Of a DNA stretch of 64,000 nt, positions 28,641 to 41,655 are shown piece by piece. Position numbers and translations under genes: made by a program. The DNA comes from Kudoa neothunni (Eukaryota > Animalia > Cnidaria), in assembly GCA_964304625.1 (NCBI GenBank), contig OZ199838.1, forward strand, positions 8,853,904 to 8,917,903. Direction: 5' to 3'. The notes under the pieces were generated by a model. It saw nothing but the letters and a program-made list of their open reading frames with translations, did no database searches and was not told where the DNA came from. Each line of letters begins with the position of its first letter. Position 1 is the first letter of the stretch.

Positions 28641-30978
28641 TTAAGATACGTATTAAGATCGAAAATTAAGGATGTTTTCATTGAATTTGATATTCTTCGT
28701 GACAGAACAGTTGGTGGTGTAACGGAATGTGTATTTAAAAACATTTAAAATACAACAATGAAGAGAAATTAATCCCACAAACGTATGATGGGGCGATAGT
28801 TATGGCCTCCCACTTAAATAGAGTTCAGTCGAAAGTTAAACAAAAGATATCGAACGCGCTGTTTACTCACTGCTATGTCCGTAAGTTAAATATTGTGGTG
28901 CTACAATCGGCCAAATTTATCCCCGATTGTACGAGCTTTTCCAAGACCAATGAAGCACTTTTCTCTTTTTTCAAAAATTCAACTAAACGGGTTCAATTTC
29001 TTGATGATATTGTGTGGAGACACATTCCAACAGCAGCGGCAACGAGATGGAATTCAAATTCAAAGTTGTTGCAGATGATATTAGAGTATCACGGTGATCT
29101 TTGCAAACTTTTCTACAATGTGAACAGCAATCCCTCATTATGGGATTCAGACACTTTACTTCGAAGTAATGGACTTTACAATTGGCTAAAAAACAACTCA
29201 ACATACTTTTTGCTGATGATATATAATAAAATTTTCGTGTTAACTGACGCTCTCTTCAATATATTGCAGAAGAAAATGATATACATTGCGTATTGTATTG
29301 AAAGAATCAACGTTAAATAACAAAACTTGAGGATATGCACACAAAATTTGAATTATTGTATTATAATTTCGAAAAATATTGCCAAGAAAATAACTTAATT
29401 AGATCCATCCTTCGCCCTCAATGTGACATAAAAAATGAAAGAGCGAGATTATTTGGTACAATGGTCAGTGATATAGCAAAGAATCTGAGAACGAGATTTA
29501 ATTATGTCGAAAATCTCAAGCTTATTTCATTGATTAATGGAAATAACTTGGACAATTTATCATGCCAAGTTGACACGAGGGCCCTTGAAGTCCGCAAAGG
29601 AATTATGGAAAATTTTTTGGCATTTTAAGACTGAAAGCTGATTTGGTCGTAATTTATAATGCTCATGTATTCATTGAAAAGTCCCCTACAAAATTGCTCG
29701 ATTTTATCTTCCAAAATCAACTGGACCAAACATTTCCTGAAACTGTCAAATTGTGACAATTAATTTTAACGATTCCTGCAACAACCGTTTCTGTGGAACG
29801 GTCGTTTTCTGCATTGAAACGAATTAAAAGCTACACCAGAAACAGGATGGCAAACCAACGACTTTCTTCCCTTGCATTAATATCGATTGAAAAAGAAAGA
29901 CTTAATCAGATGGAACAAGACCCAACTTTCAACTTCTATGAAAAGGTGACTGATGTTTTTGCTACAGAAAAAGGAAGAAGAATGGATTTTCTTCATAAGG
30001 AGAAAGATACAAAACACCCACTTTCAAATATTTTTCTAATTTAAACATATAGCAATAATTTATCCGCCTTATTTCGGCCTATCAAAACATTATTGGTTTG
30101 GATTCTAAAATATTGTAAAAGTAATCTCTTTATTAGCTAATTTAGATGTTTATGTATCATAGGACAGGGTTGCAAATTTAAATTAAGAATGTTTTATGGC
30201 TTTAACTAGATATGATTTCCATAATAATTATTAAGAATGAAGTATTATTAAGTTCATGATATATAAATCGTTAAAATATAAAAATTTATCGTTCAATTGT
30301 TACTGTAACCTATTTAATTTGATAAAGAGGCGTCCACATTCCAAATAAATCGCTGGAAATTAAAATAATTGCGTTCCCACGCATAAGCATTAATTTACTT
30401 AATTAAACATTTCAAAATCCTGAAAAATTTTATATATAATTTTAATGTTTTATCTTTAGTCTACGAATACAACCTAAGAATTACAATTCCCGGTAAATAA
30501 GTTATTAAAAAATTTATTGAACAATAATTCTTAAACATTAAATCCAAACTAATTTTCTTGAAAAATTATTTATAATTTAGATACTTTTCAGTTTCCTATA
30601 TGCAGATATAAATAGCTGAAATTTTCTTGTACCAAGGCAGCTGCTGCCTACCCGGAGCAATTACCCACGGCACGTGCCTGCTGTGTGCCCTAAATACGCA
30701 TGTGCGGCAAACAATTTCCCTTATAAGTAGATATTTATGTAACTTTTGATAGTTTAAGATAATTTAAAAATTCTCCCATTTGTTATTACACTGACTAAAA
30801 TTCAAAATTAATGTAGAAAATTGTGTTGTCCTCGATGTTAGATTTGTTAAGCGGATTATGTAGTTACAATAATAGGATTACATTTGTTTATTAATGGCGA
30901 CATATATTTATACTGAACTTCTGGAAGTTATTTTGAACGTTTTTAGTGATTCGTTCTTAAGCTATATATCCACTATTT

Positions 30979-32064
30979 GGTCAAAGTTTAGAATGCCCCC
31001 GACCGTCGGGAAAATTCGATTGCCTAAAACATCCGAAATCACTCAGATCATTATTTTACGAATAATTGCAACACTTTAATAAAAATTATAAATAGAATTT
31101 ATAGCATCAATAATCTGTTCTAATACTATGGTCCTATGGATTCTTCGAAAGCACCACTCAGCTATATACGATGATATCATCGATTTTTGTTTATTGGTGA
31201 TGCTTCGATATTTGCGTTTGAACGCGTTCCATATACCTTCGATTTGGTTGGTATGAACACCTTCAGACGAAACAAACTCTTTTTCATGGATTACAATTTC
31301 GTGAATATAACCTAGATCATTTAGAGAGTTGTAGCCATGCCATCCATCGGAGTGGATGATGGATCCTCTTTCGACATGGGTGGTGATAATATTTTCAAGA
31401 GTCAAAGCGTCACGTTTTTCAGTTTCAACCATAAAAACTCTCCCATTCTCATCCACGCCTCAAACTATCCATATGCTTTGATTTTCTAGGATTCTCCCTA
31501 CTCCGAATTTTCTTTTGCATATTTGACTCTCGTCAATCTGCACCATTATTCCAGAGCCACCAATTTTTATTGGATTCCTAATAAAGTAATTTAAGAAAAT
31601 ATCTCGCATGAAGTTTTTCCAATCAACAGCGGTTGCAGTAGATTTAATGCCACATTCTTCCTTCAAAAATTCTTGATTGCAAGCTCCTTTGCTCCAAAAA
31701 TATATTATTTTCAATATTTTATATAATGGTAGTTTTGGCTGGTAAAAAAATGACCCGAATCTAATTGATTTTTCTTTTTGGCATATTTTAATGTAGCATC
31801 TAAAGCTAAATCCATCGGCACTTTTTTTTCTAGGAGTAAGTTTCATTGTAGCGCTACAATCACAGACTCTCCTTCTCGGGAGAAGATATATATTTTGTAA
31901 AAAATCTATTAAATCAGTCTGATTATTTTTGAAATAACAAATATCCTCAAACGTGAGGTTGCTTAAATCCTCGGCAGTATAAATGTCAAGTAACATTATT
32001 CGAGAATCGCCGAATGTGTCTACCCGAATTTCCCCGACGGTCGTGGACATTTTAAACTTTAACC
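30979..32064 (-). mobile_element. Merlin/IS1595(ISXO2)-like transposon; transposase 31076-31996 with one premature stop
   Basis: TIRs of about 40 bp (ggtcaaagtttagaatg...cgaccgtcggg / cccgacggtcg...cattttaaactttaacc). 9-bp TSD ccactattt / ccactgttt. Zn-ribbon CDC..C..C; DDE in QIDESQ, HSDGWHGY and TNQIEGIW. Confidence 0.92.
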
Positions 32065-32716
32065 CCACTGTTTGAAGATACATCTTATATCTTTTATATG
32101 TCTGTACATTTAAAATAGATGTGTTCATTTGGATGTGTGCTTAAATACACTCCTTATTTTTGGAACTTTTAATATATTTGGCTTGATAAGTACGCTTTAA
32201 AAGTTCTATAGGTGGCATCTAATATACCAAAAATATGCCAATTTGCTAAATTAATGAAGAATTAGAAGTGTATGTTGTAATCAGATGGATTCAATCCTTA
32301 CATTCTGAAGCTAGGTCCTCAAATTTCATTATATCGACCGTTGGACTTAATTTTAAGCGATAAGAGTTAACTTATGGTTCGAAATCTTACTTTATCTAAT
32401 TATTTAACATATTTTTGTTTATATTAAGAGGCTACACAACAGTTTTGAGGAGAGAGTGTATAAAATGTGTTGGATCAAGATATTAATTTGAGCAATAAAA
32501 ATTAATTATCGTAAGTTATCGAGTCGTCGAGTTATCCAAGTTTTTCTACTTACATTAGCTCTCTAAAATGATCACAATTTTTTACTATGCCCATCACAGT
32601 CGTTACAATTATGATATATAAAAAAGATTTATTTAATCTCTCCTCAGGGATAATCAATAGGGTCTTATATTTCTTTACTTTTTGACCGTATTCTTCTATG
32701 TTGAAATTTTCTCAAT

Positions 32717-32745
32717 CCCGTGCGAAGCTGGGCAGTTCGCGCTAG
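32717..32745 (+). mobile_element. Helitron 3' terminus (hairpin plus CTAG) abutting and truncating the IS630/Tc1 transposase
   Basis: cccgtgcgaagctgggcagttcgcgCTAG|T. The 5' end was not identified. Confidence 0.55.
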
Positions 32746-33870
32746 TCTCGAATGAAGCAAGGATCTTCTACCCCACTCGTTTGACATAAACTTGAAAGTT
32801 CTATAAGAAAAGCTTTAAAGTCCTCCCCATTGACTGACCGATGTTTAATTTTATGAAAAATCATCCTGTCCTTATTAATGCACGCTATTATTGATATATT
32901 CCTTGATCTAACACTGGGAACAGAAATATATGCAGATGTACCCGCGAGGGAACGACCAAACCTTGTCCTACTTGAGAAACTGAATCCAATTTCGTCAACA
33001 AAGACAAAGTTTTTCCCCTCAATCTCAAGTCGTTTTGCATTAAACTTTTGAACGTATGCAAGATGTTGGGTATCGTGACCAACAGTACGATATCCGTCGA
33101 AAAACCATAAACGATTTAAAGGGAACCAGAATTATCAGGCGGACCTACTCCTATTGCCAATATGTGAGTAATGCGGTTAACCATAAAACGGTACAACTCA
33201 AACCTGAGTAAAATTCACACAGGAATACCCAGAGGTGAATGTACACATGTTCAGCAATCGGGTGTAGGGTCCATCTCACGAATTCGTTACTTTGGCCCAG
33301 CATTGAATCAGTTTTTGGCACCCCTCACCACATATAACGTTACTTTTTACAAAAATTTGCATATTCTTTTTTTCGAGTCTTCTTCATTTGTTTCTTTCTG
33401 CTGCGTGTACACGAGGATACAGCACAAGAAGTTGGTCCAAGGTGCTATCATGATTCTCCTTTGCGGAACAATTGTTATTGTTTTCAGCGAGTAATGGAAT
33501 TCGCCTAAACACCTATTAATAGTACTCACGCTAACATTCACACCACATTCGTCCATCAGCTTTTTGCGCAATGCTTTCAGGGTAATCGTGGTTTCTTCGT
33601 CTACCCAACTTCTTACCATTGACTTTTGATTGTCACTAAGTTTTGTGGAATAATCTCCATCTTGTTTCTTAGATTCAACTTTCCCCTTAATTAGACTTGA
33701 AGAAACAATTGTGGCGACCGCGGTTCTTTTAAGTCCTACATTCTCAGCAATAAGCGATTTACTGTATCCTCTTTTGCTTCGCTTAATTATCATTCGCCTT
33801 GTATCGTTTGATATTGTTTGCCTTTTATTTCCTCGAGTAGGAGGTATTATTTGATAATCGTTTGTGTTAT
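32746..33870 (-). mobile_element. IS630/Tc1-like transposase pseudogene
   Basis: HTH region in ORF 33347-33793 (KLSDNQKSMVRSWVDE..VSVSTINRCL). DDE region at 32746-33070 reads FVFVDEIGF...RNISIIAC...PCFIRD. Split by a 367-bp insert. Confidence 0.8.
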
Positions 33871-34283
33871 CTTAGAGTTCAATCAACTAGATATTATCAA
33901 ATAATTTTAATTATTTAACCATTCATTATGTATTTAATAATATTAAGGGCGACAGGATGTATCAGTAACCCACATGTCGTTAAAGCTCGAAAAACCCTAT
34001 AAATCTAAACTTTGATAATAAAACGTCGACTACGCAATACCAAAGCACACTGCATTGTTGGTTCTACAGTAATGAACAAAAAACATACATTAAATTCTAA
34101 TTTTAGGGCTAATTATAAACGTTTATTCCAACAAAAATTATAAGATTATACATTTTTATTTTCAATTTTATTCTAGGGGAAATAGGATTAATAAATTTGG
34201 CTGCAACGTTAACACAAAAGAAACTAACAGATAATAATAAGTTTGTTCTTTTTATAGTAAGGCAAAATAATATTTTTATTGTG

Positions 34284-35261
34284 TTAACAATGTGCATGAA
34301 GGCTTGGGTTTATTTGGGTTGATGATGCAATAGGATTGTTTATTTGACGGGCATCAGATGGATAGGATTCGATGGGTTGAATCAATTTTTTTGAGAAACA
34401 TATGAATATCAGCACAGTTAGGAACAGATAAAACTGGTATATATTGTGGATAATACCATTCATTATTTCATTATCCCGTTCAAAATTGTGCTCACCATTT
34501 TTTAACAAAAGATAGATGTTAACAATATACATCGGCGATCCAAACATAAAGTAGCATAGTAGCACGGCGACAACAAGCTTCAAAACAACAATGCAGTGAT
34601 TGGTTACTACAAATTCATATCTTAATAAATTAAATGAGGAGTCAGTGTTGATTTGGGTCGAAAAATTTGGTTTGTTTTTCTTCAAATAAGAGAACATTTG
34701 AAAGCAACAGTGCAACATTATAGCCAAGAAAGTAGCATTAACAATTATTATAATAGTAACAGCAGGTATAGGGTTTAGCCACGTAGCTATGGTACAAGTG
34801 GATTCGATATAACTGGGGTGGCCGATTTCAATTTTATCCCATGCAATTTGACCAGAAATCAATGCCACATTCGACGCAGCAATAGCAATGAAAAGTATCG
34901 CACATTTCATCTTCCTCACATAAGTTACATAGAAGTGTGGACTCAAGCATATTTCAACATAACGTTCGACTGTAAATAATAGTACCAATGATATGCCATA
35001 CATACCAAAAAATAGCATGGTTCCAACTCTAACGGCACAGTAAGTTCGATTGTTCACTTCATTGTTGAGCCCAGAATAAAATAAGACAATGTAAATCGAA
35101 AATAATGCGTTATTAATAAATAACAACAAACATATTTTCGAAGTAATTGACTGCAAGCTAGCTCTTTTTATAAGAATATATGCCGAAACGGATGTGCAAC
35201 AAATGTTAGCTATAGATAACAACAGACTTATCGTGAAATTTATTATTTTGGCTGTATGCAT
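34284..35261 (-). CDS. Intronless divergent class-A-like 7TM receptor (GPCR), paralog 2, 325 aa
   Basis: Seven hydrophobic helices, TM1 Asn, TM3 Cys plus ECL2 Cys, ERY at the end of TM3, CYFMFGSP in TM6. GCC-ATG start at 35261. Confidence 0.85.
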   Translation of the reverse strand: MHTAKIINFTISLLLSIANICCTSVSAYILIKRASLQSITSKICLLLFINNALFSIYIVLFYSGLNNEVNNRTYCAVRVGTMLFFGMYGISLVLLFTVERYVEICLSPHFYVTYVRKMKCAILFIAIAASNVALISGQIAWDKIEIGHPSYIESTCTIATWLNPIPAVTIIIIVNATFLAIMLHCCFQMFSYLKKNKPNFSTQINTDSSFNLLRYEFVVTNHCIVVLKLVVAVLLCYFMFGSPMYIVNIYLLLKNGEHNFERDNEIMNGIIHNIYQFYLFLTVLIFICFSKKLIQPIESYPSDARQINNPIASSTQINPSLHAHC

Positions 35262-36516
35262 GGCCAAGCCAAAGTATTTCTGATTCGATTATTGTAAAAC
35301 CCTTTAATACGTTGTACATCACACAACACATCACGTCGAGGTGGACAATATTAAATAAATCAACGAGATGAATATTTGTTCTTATCGACAATTAGAAATT
35401 ATCATTCTTAAGCGATTTTATTAAATAAATTTAATGTGTATTTTAACGTACAATAAATTATTTGTCAATAATTATATTTTTAGAATTATTAATCATGAGT
35501 ATATTAGAATAATGTACTCTTGTACTTCAGTGTTAATTTAATCAGGTGTCGTGCTTATCCTTTGTTTTTAAAGTATTAGGGAGTGTCTAACTTAACCATG
35601 CAAATTAAATACTTCATGTGCAGTTTTGACCAAAGTTAATTATTTATTACTCAACTGATCGTGGTGAGGGTTCAAAAAAATTAAATTAACAGACTATATC
35701 AAATAAAGTGTGTATGTAATTTATATATAGGAGTTTTGACAATTACTTATTGAAAATGTGCAAACAAGAAATAGTATTAAAGATTAAACTTAGAGGATAA
35801 ATGGTCATAACCAAATTATTAATCTCTGGTATAGTTTAAATCATCCAAATAAAAAATGTTTTTTCTTCATAATAATTAAGTTGAAACTACAATGTCAATT
35901 AAATTTTTACAATGTTAATTTAGCTACTTAATATCTTACACAACAATGGATCGGTCGAACGTAATCCTCTTGGGGATGGGGAAATGGTAGGTATTACCTG
36001 TCCCAGCCGGGAGGTAATTACTTTATTGCGTATGCGCACAAACATACTAAATAGGGGTCGCCAAATTTTTGATTTTCATAAGCTTCGGGTGCCGGACTAA
36101 AAGATTTTGTTCGAAAAACAGTTATAAAAATGAAACGAAAATAATACAAATGTAAAAAAATAATGAATTTGTATTTAAATGTGAATATGAATATGAAACA
36201 GGAAACTGATTCTTATGGCAGGATTTAGTATATTTCAGTTTTGAGGTCCCCAATGGGAGTACGAACTATCCATTGTCTACTATATAATTCAAAAAATAGC
36301 AGTGCTGGTTATAATTAAGAATTACAATTTTTAAGCATTGAATTCATAGCTTATTTATTTGAGCATAATAAAAAGTTGTGTAGATGTTAATAAGGTGCCC
36401 ATTTGTACGTTTTAATTTTTTTTATTATTTCTTTATTAACACTCTAAGGCAGGGGTTCTCACCCGTTTTTTCATATTTCCTCCCTTAATTTGGAAACGAA
36501 TCCATATTTACTTTAA

Positions 36517-39500
36517 GGAAGTGTCTATTGGCCCGAACAAATTGTTTTTACCTATTTAGGGGATTCTTTTTTAATTGTAATGAGTCAAAAAATTATTAAA
36601 ATGGATTATATATTAATGTGAACAAAATAAAAGAATTTTGTCCTTAGGAATCTGTGATATAAGGCGTTACTTAGGAAGGACCCATCCTCATCATTATTGT
36701 ACTTTATCGCTGTAAATGCTCTATTTTCCATCATAAACTTGTTTAACATTTGAATGAAATGTTTTTATGATTTTTGATCAGTAAGAAATTTATTCGTTCC
36801 ACGTATTGTGCAATAATAATTTTCTGATATGATATATCCGTGTTATATTCATAGTTTTAAATGAATTCACTGTTGTAATCATGTTATTTGCTATTTTCAA
36901 TATTTTCGAATTGATTTCATCCACATAAATGATTGTTGTAAACCCAAAACTCCAAATGGCGTCAAACTCCGATTGTTATTTTTGATATCGATGTAAAATC
37001 ACTCAATTTAAGTATATGCTGTAAGTATGATTTTCTTTTTGAAAATGAATCCAATTTATCGATTTATACCTTATTTAACGCCATCTGATCATGACACTTA
37101 GCATACTCCCTTATATTGACTTTGTATATAAACTGAATTTCGACGATACTAGTTGAAATTTAATGTTCTCAATAAAAATATATAGTTGTTATTATCCACT
37201 ATAACAATTTTATTCATATTTGGAACATTATTTTCAACATTTAAACATATAATTTTTTATTGGTGATTTTATTCAAAAAATGTTGGACAGACTTTTTTCA
37301 CCAAGCCATGCATCACACAGATGTTCCCATGAATTCTACTACATGACTATGACTATATTGAATTTTGAAAAAAAAATCATTTTAAATCGTTGTAACATAA
37401 ATTCCATCTTATGGATTTGTAAAATACATATTCACGATCGTATCAGATGTATCTAAATAGCATATGAATTAAAACGGAAACTTTTTTATCATAATTTCTC
37501 TTACACTCATTTTTTTGATTTACAGTTCATGCAACTCCAATATTTTGACGATGGGCTCATTTTAATCTGTTGACATTTAAAATGGCTCCATTGAAGACAT
37601 ATGTCGCAGCCTATGGATTCATTGTTTTTAATAGTTTCTTTGCATACAGAACATCTGTAGCCAGTAGCTTTCTTCTGAGATATTATTGTTTTTATGTTAA
37701 ATAGAGAATCTTTAGAAAAGTAGGGAAAGATTTGTTCAATATTAATTCTTGGGTCAAGGACGGCATCACTTACGTTACCAGAAAAAACCTCGACTTCATT
37801 TTCGTCGATAACTGTTCCGCCCCTCAATACTCCAACAGCTATCTTCTTATCAACAAACCAACAAAGCATTTCTAATAATTGTTAAAAATAAACAAAATGT
37901 ATTTTAATTACTAGAAAGTTTTTGTTTTTCTGTTAGATTAAAAAACGATTTGGAAAATAAATTCGAACGTTTTAAACCAATCACCGTATTTGATGAACCC
38001 TTCGGACGACCTCTGCGTTTTATTTTTGAGGGTAAAACTAATCCTAATAATGCCAACTCAAACATGTCATAGAAAGAACTTTACCTGAAACTTTTTTGGC
38101 TTCAAGACAACATGTGGGCGATTTCTCATTATTATATGATTGTCTATTGAGAGAATAATAATTACGATTTGATATGCATTTTACTTTGTTAGATTATGGT
38201 TTTCCCCCTGAGTTTCACTATCTACCTAATTTATTTCAAATATTTAATAAGAAAAATACATGAAGGTTCTATCATAATTATATCTTCATTTGGTGCATTT
38301 AATATCTGGTCTGTAGGACATGTATCATCAATCTTTTCAATTCGAATTTTTTCATCATTTTCAACAAATTTAACTAATTTTCTTAATTCATTCATCCAAT
38401 ATTCATAATCAGATCCAGTTTTTTCTGAAATTCTTGCGGCTACATCTTTCATCAATTTAGTGGCTTCATTAAATTTTCTATGCTCTGAATAGACAGTAGT
38501 TTTTGGTAATGAATTTATAGCAATCAAACCATTCTCTGATGAACTATTATTTGTTTCATAAGCATCGGCTAGTTCAGAATTTTCAACAAAATACTCCCTT
38601 GTCCATCTCTTCAAGCACAAAAATTTATCAAAAAGAGAAAGATTTTGTTTTTTCCGCATGTAGAAAATGTGACGACATGGCAGTTCCATGCTAAGACGGA
38701 AGGGACAATTGCATTTCTCAGTAGTTGCCTCTGTATAATTATCCATCGAAGATTCGTCGTTTTGTACGTTTTGTGTGAACATAAATTGATCAAATTCTTC
38801 CAAAACTTTTTTATATGAGTATAGCGTTAAATATTTGAAATAAATCAACATAGTTTCGTTTATTTCGCGTCGAGGAGTTTTAAGAGGCTCCTTAGCAGCT
38901 TTAGTATCCTTCTCCATTCTAGAACCTTCCAAATAAATTACGAACATTTTTATAAATTCTTCAAAGGAAGAATAAAGAGGAATGACTTGTTTCACTTTTG
39001 AGTTGATACATTCAACCCGGTTATTGGTGAGGTTTCCAAACATCCCCTCATAGCTTCGAAGTCCTGTGACCCATTCGTGTTTGATAGGGTCCCAGTTGTT
39101 GGTGAAATATCGATAAACATTTTCACGAACGCTTTCCTTCAGGGCTTTTTTTTCTCTCGTTGTATTCATTTATATTTTTCGAGTAGGAAATTTTTTGTAA
39201 AATTTCAATGGCCAAATCTTTATCCTGTCTGCTAATATTCATTCGCTCGGTTTTAATTTCTCGGCCGAATGATTTCAGCACATGATATAAACATATGTGG
39301 AGACTGGAATTAGGAAATACTTGTTTTATAACTTTCCTCTCCACAATGTCTTTATCAGTCATGAATACCCTGGTTTTTGTTTCCATTGTTGGATTGTGCT
39401 TCTTCATCGTTTGAAGGAACCAAGAAAAAACTTCTTCGGTCTCCTCAACCAACACTCCAATTGCGACTACCTCAGTTGTTCCCCTAGCATCCATAACGGC

Positions 39501-40677
39501 GGCAAAATATACCGGGGCTCTGAAATTTAATAATTTATATGTAGCATCCATAAAAATTATTTCAGGATATGCCTGAAGTGTTCTATTCATCTGCGAGTCT
39601 TGAAAAAATAAGCTCTTGAACTCATTGTCATTTTCTAATATCTCTATACATCTTCCTTTTTTATTAAAATTTTTAAAAAATTCCAGACTCTTTGTATGTG
39701 ATTTAAAAGAGTACTTCATATTAGACAGTTTTTTCAACCAAACAAACTTTCCCTTTTCTTTTAATATTTTTTGTTGGATTACTTTGGAATTTCCGTTAAC
39801 TTGGACGAACTGAGCGATAAGGTCACTTTCATCCTTTGATATTTTATTTCTATTATGCAAAAATTGTGATGAAAAGTTCATAGAATCAAGGTAATGAGAT
39901 AAGTCAAGGGATTTAACACGAGTTTTTTTCCATCAGCAGAGACTGAAAATTTTATTAAACATTTAAAGAAATTACGTTTTTTCCGCCATGAACACAACAA
40001 TATTTTATATGATAATACTTAAGTATCGGATTTAATGTTTTATCACATCGCTTTTGGACTGTTTCGATGGTTTTAGAATCATATATGGATAAACTGCTCG
40101 TGAATTTTTGCTCGTATTCTTCTATTTTCAGCTTTAGTTCATCAAAACTGTTAAAAGTATTTCCAATTTGAACAATCATATTAAGTTTAGTCAAGCTCAT
40201 TTCGTAGGCACGCGCGTAAGATTAAAACCAAAATTTTCTTTTGTTATAATCAAATATCTTGAAATAAAACAACTCCATACTTTATGTTTTTTGTGTTCTT
40301 ATGAAAAATCTTACATTTTTTTACAATAATTTTGTATTGCAACATTAAAGGATGAATCAATAGAATCAGCGCTCGTTACAATAAAATTAAAAGCTATTAC
40401 AATTTAAAATTTTATTTAATTAGATAATAAAATGTTTAAATTACAACTAAAAATATTCATTTGAAAAATAAGTAACTCATAAACTCAATATAATGAGTTT
40501 TTAGGGGCCATTTAGTTGAAACCTTATTACATTATACAAAATATTTTGTCAGATATGCCCCGAAAATAAAATTAAGTAAACAATTACAAGTTGTTTTATA
40601 TCAGACAACATAGATTTACTATAATAAAAAGCTCGATAATTAAATAAAACAATTTGTTCGGGCCAATAGACACTTCC
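36517..40677 (-). mobile_element. Mutator/MULE element A; spliced transposase with DDE, SWIM, AT-hook-like and PHD finger (37507-40200), frameshifted
   Basis: TIR ggaagtgtctattggcccgaacaa / ttgttcgggccaatagacacttcc. Motifs MDATYKL, MTDKD, CLYHV, LTNNRVE, CNCPFRLSMELPCRH, KRRGRPKG and C4HC3 PHD. Confidence 0.92.
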
Positions 40678-41655
40678 ATAAATAAATGTGGCCTCTTTCA
40701 ATGCTATTGTGGTGTTTACACGGAGAATTCCCGATTATTTTAAGAAGTGTAAAATATATAAAGGACAAAAATTTCTTATAGATTCGTCAATGCAATTGAT
40801 TAAGTCATTACAAGACATACGTGTGGCCAATTCTAAAATATCTTTGTAGCCATGCGTAAAAAGATCATTAGAAATAGTTGGTTACAATTTTGACTACGCC
40901 AAAATTCATTCATCGATACAAATTGAACAAAATATAAGAAAGCGCTGTTCATCTGCCCAACCGGAAGCATCAGAAGAAATAAGCAATAATGCCATTCGCG
41001 TGAAAGCAGTGTTTGTATTGAAAACTCCGTAAAATGTGTGACCTGCATTAAGTGTGATTTTATACCAAAGTCAAAAATTATTCTTATTCGAAGATTTTTT
41101 TGTTTTTATTGCATATTTGAGCAATTCAATACTTGATGTCGGATTTACTATTAATTCGCCATATGATCAATTTTAATCCTATGGGTTCCGGGAGCCCATG
41201 GTTACACTTAACTGGAGAGCCAGAAGGTGGTCCTCAAGGGATTAATACCAAGACACCTCGACAGGTTGTGCGCACGCGACTGATAGCGTGATAAAACCAC
41301 CATTTCCTTGTTTTCACGCCTTTTTATTCGTCCCCAAAAGATTAAAAAATATTTGTCACTTAATGCGTCTATATTAAAAAGATTTAGTCACATTTGGTAT
41401 TTTTCATGCCAAAAAGTCACCTCAGAAAAATAAAAAGACTCCACGACTTTCAACGAATAATAACAAATAATAAAAAATATGATAAAATTTCTCATTTTCA
41501 AACTTTAAATTCTCTCTAACGCTTTAAATTAATAGACTCGTATATATAAATGACAGTGACAATCTTCTTTACGCATTAATTAACGCTATACCATAATCCT
41601 CTAGAGGTGTTAATTTGTAAGTCGCATATTGTTGCCTGACGTGGCAGAGCCTAAC

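Larger units (their letters stand above)
22746..30680 (+). mobile_element. hAT element (ZMYM1-like transposase pseudogene) interrupted by two piggyBacs
   Basis: TIR caggcacgtgccgt / acggcacgtgcctg. 8-bp TSD atgtgtgc / ctgtgtgc. Motifs GRPTPDL|KEL..RTFNTSWY, MDETTDIS, YDGA, HCY, TRWNS and VERSFSALKRIK. Confidence 0.92.

Noticed and set aside
30979-33870. Bacterial contamination suggested by IS1595- and IS630-like transposases
   Set aside because: They are embedded with TSDs among eukaryotic TEs and spliced genes, and Merlin and Tc1 are established eukaryotic relatives of these IS families.
34284-35261. 7TM receptors as opsins
   Set aside because: Position 7.43, counted from the NPxxY-equivalent TVLIF, is Gln. 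The nearby Lys is at about 7.40 and is absent in paralog 2.
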